Assembly (NCBI GenBank): GCA_021203905.1
Contig: JAJQAG010000004.1
Span: 129,939 to 193,938, forward strand
Reading direction: 5' to 3'
DNA length: 64,000 nt
Source of the DNA: Coprobacillus sp.
GTDB taxonomy: Bacteria > Bacillota_I > Bacilli_A > RFN20 > CAG-826
This document shows positions 60,071 through 64,000 of the stretch, in pieces. A model generated the notes under the pieces. The model was not told the origin of the DNA. It searched no databases and saw nothing but the letters and a program-made list of their open reading frames with translations. The position numbers and the translations under genes are program-made. How positions within the stretch are numbered: the first letter of the stretch is position 1; each line of letters starts with the position of its first letter.

Positions 60071-62014
60071 TTGTTTCGTCAGTTATTGCTTTCTTGTCTT
60101 TTAGTGGTTAGTTCTCTCTCAGGGATGGTGACAACCTCTATTTTTACTAACTCCTACGAATACGATAGTGGTGATTACATTTGTGATGACTCTCCTTATG
60201 TGAGTTGCCAAGATAATGAGAGAGAAGTAACGAATAAAAAAGAATCCTATGTTTTTGTGGCGAGTCAAGAAATTGACAGTGTCAAATGGGAGGGAGAGGT
60301 CACCCTTAGCCACTACGAAATAAGAAATGAAAATGAAATGACTGCCATTGTCACTAATTATATCGATCAGGGAGAAATTACGTTCCACTTCTACTATCAA
60401 AAGGAATACGTCTGCTCCTATGCTTTATATTTTGCTTGTAGTGAAGATGGAACATTCTATTCCAGCGGAAGGACACTCGATTGCGCAAAAATGCTTGCGG
60501 ATCAACAAGTTAACTACACCTTTTTAAGTAATGATGAAGAAGAGGAAGATGAACTTGTCACTATAGAAGAGAGCACTTCCTTTGGTTTTGGAACCCATGG
60601 TAAGGTCTATGGGTGGTTCCACTGGTGTGGCGATGATGGTGAATCCTATCCCCTTGTAGGAGCGAGGGTCACCTTAAGAATTGGGGGGAGTTGGTATAGT
60701 CAAGTCACCCATACAGACGAAGATGGATATTATTGCTTTGAATATCAAAAGGTTTGGTATTTAGGAAGCGGTCGTCCAACAATCACTCTCCGCCTTCAAA
60801 ACGAGAAAATAAAAGTGAAATCTTCAGGAGTCTATGCCTATAAGTTTAAGATGGCGGAAAAAGACACGACGATGGAGTGTTCGCGAACCTTCACCATTGA
60901 AGAAGATGGAGATTTTGCCAAAGCCGCAGCTCTTTTTCAAGCGGGTTATCTCTATTCTAATTTTGCCTTTGAACATGACGAAGGTGGCATTCTCAAATCA
61001 TGTAAAATAAGATATCCTTCGAATTATGACACTATCTGTTATACCGAAAACATTCGAAGAATAAATATCCCTAATACCATTAATGAAAACTCACCCTCTT
61101 GTTACATGGCGTGGGATACAATTGGGCATGAGTATTGTCATCATGTCCAGGCTTGTCACAAAATAGATCATGTTAGTAAGCACCACAATTCTGCTTATAA
61201 CGACATCGACTATCTCATTGATCGATCTTATTCGACCATGAATAAAGTCAAACATGAGGGAACGACTCTCTCTCTCGATGAGGGATTTGCCACTTATTGG
61301 GGAGTGGTAGCCCAACAGTCCTTTGACCCTAGATGGTGGTATGTCCCCACAGTGGGAGATGCATCCTACACCTCAAGTGGGGGCGCCAATTATAGTTTAG
61401 ATGTCTATTACGATTCCCAAAGCCGTAACCTTGGAGATTGCCAAGAGAGAGCAATTGCTAGAATTCTATATAAGCTCACTTCCGATAAGATTGATACCTA
61501 TGACCGCTTTGCCCTTGGTTTTGATACCATCTGGGAACTCTATGAAAAATATTTACCCACCACCATGAGTGAGTTTATTAACATTCTCTATGAGCAAGGT
61601 TATGACAAATATGATCTTGGACTCTTGCTTGGTCAGTATGGTGTCACCCCGAGTAGCATGAACATCACAAATAATAGCTATGATACATGCCCTACATATA
61701 CGTGGTCGACCTCTTCTGGGAGTAAATACTTCCAATATAACGAATTTGACTTTGTCATCCTCTCTAATGAGGGAGAAGAGTTAATAAACCACCATTTCGT
61801 CTCCGATAATGATGAAGACACCTATTCTTACACTCTCAGTGAAGAAGAGTGGCAACTCATTCAGAATTCCACTTCCCAGTTGTACTATGCCTATCTGGTG
61901 ATGTGGCAAACTGATGATTTTGTCACCGGAGGTTACTATTCAAACTTATATACCTTCTATCTTCCAAGACGGATTGTGATTATTCCGAGACCCGGGGATC
62001 TGATTATCACTTAA
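60071..62014 (+). CDS. secreted HExxH-motif protein, paralog 2 (TTG start)
   Basis: 647 aa, collinear with paralog 1 (YALYFA..FYSSGR.LDCAK, TDEDGYYCFEY, HEYCH, LGLLLGQ). RBS GAGGAG. Confidence 0.5.
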   Translation: MFRQLLLSCLLVVSSLSGMVTTSIFTNSYEYDSGDYICDDSPYVSCQDNEREVTNKKESYVFVASQEIDSVKWEGEVTLSHYEIRNENEMTAIVTNYIDQGEITFHFYYQKEYVCSYALYFACSEDGTFYSSGRTLDCAKMLADQQVNYTFLSNDEEEEDELVTIEESTSFGFGTHGKVYGWFHWCGDDGESYPLVGARVTLRIGGSWYSQVTHTDEDGYYCFEYQKVWYLGSGRPTITLRLQNEKIKVKSSGVYAYKFKMAEKDTTMECSRTFTIEEDGDFAKAAALFQAGYLYSNFAFEHDEGGILKSCKIRYPSNYDTICYTENIRRINIPNTINENSPSCYMAWDTIGHEYCHHVQACHKIDHVSKHHNSAYNDIDYLIDRSYSTMNKVKHEGTTLSLDEGFATYWGVVAQQSFDPRWWYVPTVGDASYTSSGGANYSLDVYYDSQSRNLGDCQERAIARILYKLTSDKIDTYDRFALGFDTIWELYEKYLPTTMSEFINILYEQGYDKYDLGLLLGQYGVTPSSMNITNNSYDTCPTYTWSTSSGSKYFQYNEFDFVILSNEGEELINHHFVSDNDEDTYSYTLSEEEWQLIQNSTSQLYYAYLVMWQTDDFVTGGYYSNLYTFYLPRRIVIIPRPGDLIIT

Positions 62015-62059
62015 AAGGGGGCACTCAACATCTGAAATTAAATAGACGAATGATAGGTG

Positions 62060-62232
62060 TTGACACATTATTGTTAATAATGTAAACTAACAATCGCAAT
62101 AGATAGAAAGTAGAGGCACCCGCTTCTCACCAGATCGATAAATCGGTTGGTCAATCGCTATTATGAAATACTTACTTATATTCATAAGATGATTACGGGT
62201 GCGGCTACGCATCCGTTTTATTTAGGAAGGAG
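62060..62232 (+). promoter_or_regulatory. infC-rpmI-rplT promoter and L20-type autoregulatory leader with a terminator/attenuator hairpin
   Basis: TTGACA-17-TAAACT; a 7-bp hairpin TTATGAA..TTCATAA; then GGTGCG-GCTA-CGCATC followed by GTTTTATTT just 5' of the infC RBS. Confidence 0.5.
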
Positions 62233-62237
62233 ATGAT

Positions 62238-62804
62238 ATTATCCCAGGCAATTACAATGGTGGTTCAAATAAGAATAGCAACCCACAGAAACCTAACAGA
62301 GATTTAGTAAATGAAGCTATCCACTTCTCCAAAGTCTTGGTCATTGGACCAGAAGGAGAAAGTTTAGGAGAGATGAGCGCTCAAGAGGCCCTAGATAAAG
62401 CCAGTGAGTATAACCTTGACTTATACTGTGTCGCCGCTAACGCTAATCCCCCAGTGTGTAAAATCTTAAATTACAATAAGTTCCGCTACGATCAGAAACG
62501 TAAGGAAAGAGACCAGAGAAAGAACCAGCACATTGTGGAGATAAAAGAGATTCAACTCACCCCTCAAATTGGAATCCATGATCTAGAAATCAAAGCCAAG
62601 AGAGCGAATGAATTCCTTCTTGATGGAAACCGCGTCAAGATTAGAGTGATGTTTAGGGGAAGACAACTATCCCATGTTGATGTGGGTCAAGAAACCTTGG
62701 ATAAATTTCTTGCCTTAGTAAGTGAAAATGGAGAGTTAGAAAAGGAGCCAGTTCTTGATGGAAGATGGCTCAATGGAGTAATTATTCCAAAAAAGAAGAA
62801 GTAA
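62238..62804 (+). CDS. infC: translation initiation factor IF-3 (non-AUG ATT/ATC start)
   Basis: The track ORF begins at an internal TTG. An in-frame extension back to an ATT ~7 nt after the AGGAAGGAG RBS gives the canonical RDLVNEAI..VLVIGPEGE N-terminus. Confidence 0.85.
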   Translation: MIPGNYNGGSNKNSNPQKPNRDLVNEAIHFSKVLVIGPEGESLGEMSAQEALDKASEYNLDLYCVAANANPPVCKILNYNKFRYDQKRKERDQRKNQHIVEIKEIQLTPQIGIHDLEIKAKRANEFLLDGNRVKIRVMFRGRQLSHVDVGQETLDKFLALVSENGELEKEPVLDGRWLNGVIIPKKKK

Positions 62805-62818
62805 GGAGAATATGAAAG

Positions 62819-63013
62819 ATGCCAAAAATGAAAAGTAAAAAGGCTCTTACAAAAAGAGTCAAAGTGTCCGGCACTGGGAAAATCATGAGACATCATGCTT
62901 ATACCAGCCATAATGCCCACTCTAAAACAACCAAACAAAAGAAGCAGCTCTCTCAAGCCGCAGTGATGGATAAGACCGATGTCAAGAGAGAGAAAGAGCT
63001 CATTCAGAAATAG
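62819..63013 (+). CDS. rpmI: 50S ribosomal protein L35
   Basis: 64 aa (MPKMKSKKALTKRVK..). Confidence 0.93.
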   Translation: MPKMKSKKALTKRVKVSGTGKIMRHHAYTSHNAHSKTTKQKKQLSQAAVMDKTDVKREKELIQK

Positions 63014-63025
63014 GAGGCATAAACC

Positions 63026-63370
63026 ATGAGAGTAAAAGGTGGAACTGTTTCCCGTAACAGAAGAAAAAAGACATTAAAGAGAGCCAGTGGATACTACGGA
63101 AGTAAGCACTTGCTCTATAAGACCGCTCATGAGCAAGTGATGCATTCACTTCACTATGCCTATCGTGATCGTCGTCTTATTAAGAGAGACTTTAGAAAAC
63201 TCTGGATTAAGAGAATTAATGCCGCGTGCCGTTTAAACGGAATCTCCTATTCCGTGTTCATGCACGGACTTAAAACTAACGGCATTAACATCAATAGAAA
63301 GATGCTCTCAGAAATGGCAATTAATGATCCCGCCGGATTTAAAGAGCTCGTTCAGATTGCTAAAAAATAA
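63026..63370 (+). CDS. rplT: 50S ribosomal protein L20
   Basis: 114 aa ([15 protein letters not shown]..). Confidence 0.95.
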   Translation: MRVKGGTVSRNRRKKTLKRASGYYGSKHLLYKTAHEQVMHSLHYAYRDRRLIKRDFRKLWIKRINAACRLNGISYSVFMHGLKTNGININRKMLSEMAINDPAGFKELVQIAKK

Positions 63371-63384
63371 CTTCTCTAAAGTTA

Positions 63385-63420
63385 AAGAAAAAAAGACACA
63401 GCGATGTGTCTTTTTTTCTT
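63385..63420. terminator. bidirectional rho-independent terminator
   Basis: A-run, then AGACACA-gcga-TGTGTCT, then a T-run; sits between rplT and the convergent thiI. Confidence 0.75.
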
Positions 63421-64000
63421 AATTAATGATTTCTACCTCAGCTTTTTCAATGGCGGTTTTTATCATCGCCTCATAATCAATTTTAGCTTCAAATTTTCTT
63501 ATTTCATCGAGTTTTGGAGCAGTTTTTGGATTTTTTGGAGCGAATATTGTGCAACAGTCTTCAAAGGGGCGAATGGAGATATCATAGGTTTTGATGTGCT
63601 GTGCTACTTTGATAATCTCAAGTTTATCCATGACCGCAAGTGGACGAATAATAGGGAAGTTGGTTACCTCATTTATCGCTTGTAGAGAATCGAGGGTTTG
63701 AGAGGCCACTTGACCCACACTCTCTCCGGTGGCAATGACTTTACAATGTCTCTCTCTAGCGACTTTCTCTGCAATTCGATACATCATCCTTCTCATGATG
63801 GTGATGCAATAGCTCTCATCAATGTTTTTATAAATCGCTTCTTGAATCTCCGTAAAGGGGATAATTGTGAGACGAATCTGACTTTGGTATTTCGTTAGAG
63901 TTTTAAGTAGGTCTCTAATCTTATAGATAACTCCGACATTAGTGTAGGGAGGAGAAGCAAAATGAATACACTCAAGAGTGATGCCTCTTCTCATAAGTAA
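63419..64000 (-). CDS. thiI: tRNA 4-thiouridine synthase ThiI, C-terminal part (truncated at the window edge)
   Basis: PP-loop/ThiI C-terminal region (HFASPPYT.., VIATGESVGQVASQTL). The ORF runs off the end of the window. Confidence 0.75.
   Translation of the reverse strand, partial: LLMRRGITLECIHFASPPYTNVGVIYKIRDLLKTLTKYQSQIRLTIIPFTEIQEAIYKNIDESYCITIMRRMMYRIAEKVARERHCKVIATGESVGQVASQTLDSLQAINEVTNFPIIRPLAVMDKLEIIKVAQHIKTYDISIRPFEDCCTIFAPKNPKTAPKLDEIRKFEAKIDYEAMIKTAIEKAEVEIIN

Noticed and set aside
1-64000. Possibility of UGA=Trp (Mycoplasma/Spiroplasma code)
   Set aside because: Long housekeeping ORFs (valS, ileS, lon, polA, dnaE) are intact under the standard code. Trp positions in conserved motifs are encoded by TGG.
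1-64000. CRISPR arrays, IS elements, integrases/recombinases, rRNA genes
   Set aside because: No regularly spaced direct repeats, no transposase- or integrase-like ORFs and no rRNA-like sequence were seen. The only RNA gene is one tRNA-Arg.

Overview
This 64-kb window is a gene-dense chromosomal segment from an AT-rich bacterium that uses the standard genetic code (long intact ORFs with TGG Trp, so no UGA recoding). The gene content and order are Firmicutes-like and track the B. subtilis ~2.9-3.05 Mb region. Gene content includes rplU-prp-rpmA-obg, ruvAB, tig-lon-engB, uvrC, mutS2, rnhC, polA-mutM-coaE, dnaB-dnaI, pfkA, thrS, infC-rpmI-rplT, ackA, nrnA and dnaE. The division/cell-wall (dcw) cluster is minimal: mraZ-rsmH-small TM protein-ftsA-ftsZ. 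It has no mur, pbp or ftsW genes, which points to a wall-less, reduced-genome lineage such as Acholeplasma-like Mollicutes. That placement is an inference from gene content. I could support ~60 CDS, one tRNA-Arg(TCT), T-box leaders on valS and ileS, an L20-type leader on infC, and several rho-independent terminators. I saw no rRNA, CRISPR array, integrase or IS element. The strongest candidates for something undescribed are: (1) a four-gene opposite-strand cassette (25991-27663) inserted into the otherwise conserved ftsZ/ileS junction; (2) two tandem, diverged paralogous secreted HExxH proteins (58084-62014) inserted between thrS and infC; (3) an XRE-HTH/zinc-ribbon/polytopic-membrane regulator with tandem TCAAC-N5-GTTGA operator-like palindromes upstream. 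Smaller oddities are a mutM-coaE fusion, recurring TAATG translational coupling to small membrane peptides, and a ~25-nt motif repeated in front of two unrelated genes. Hairpin and motif coordinates are hand-derived and may be off by 1-2 nt.
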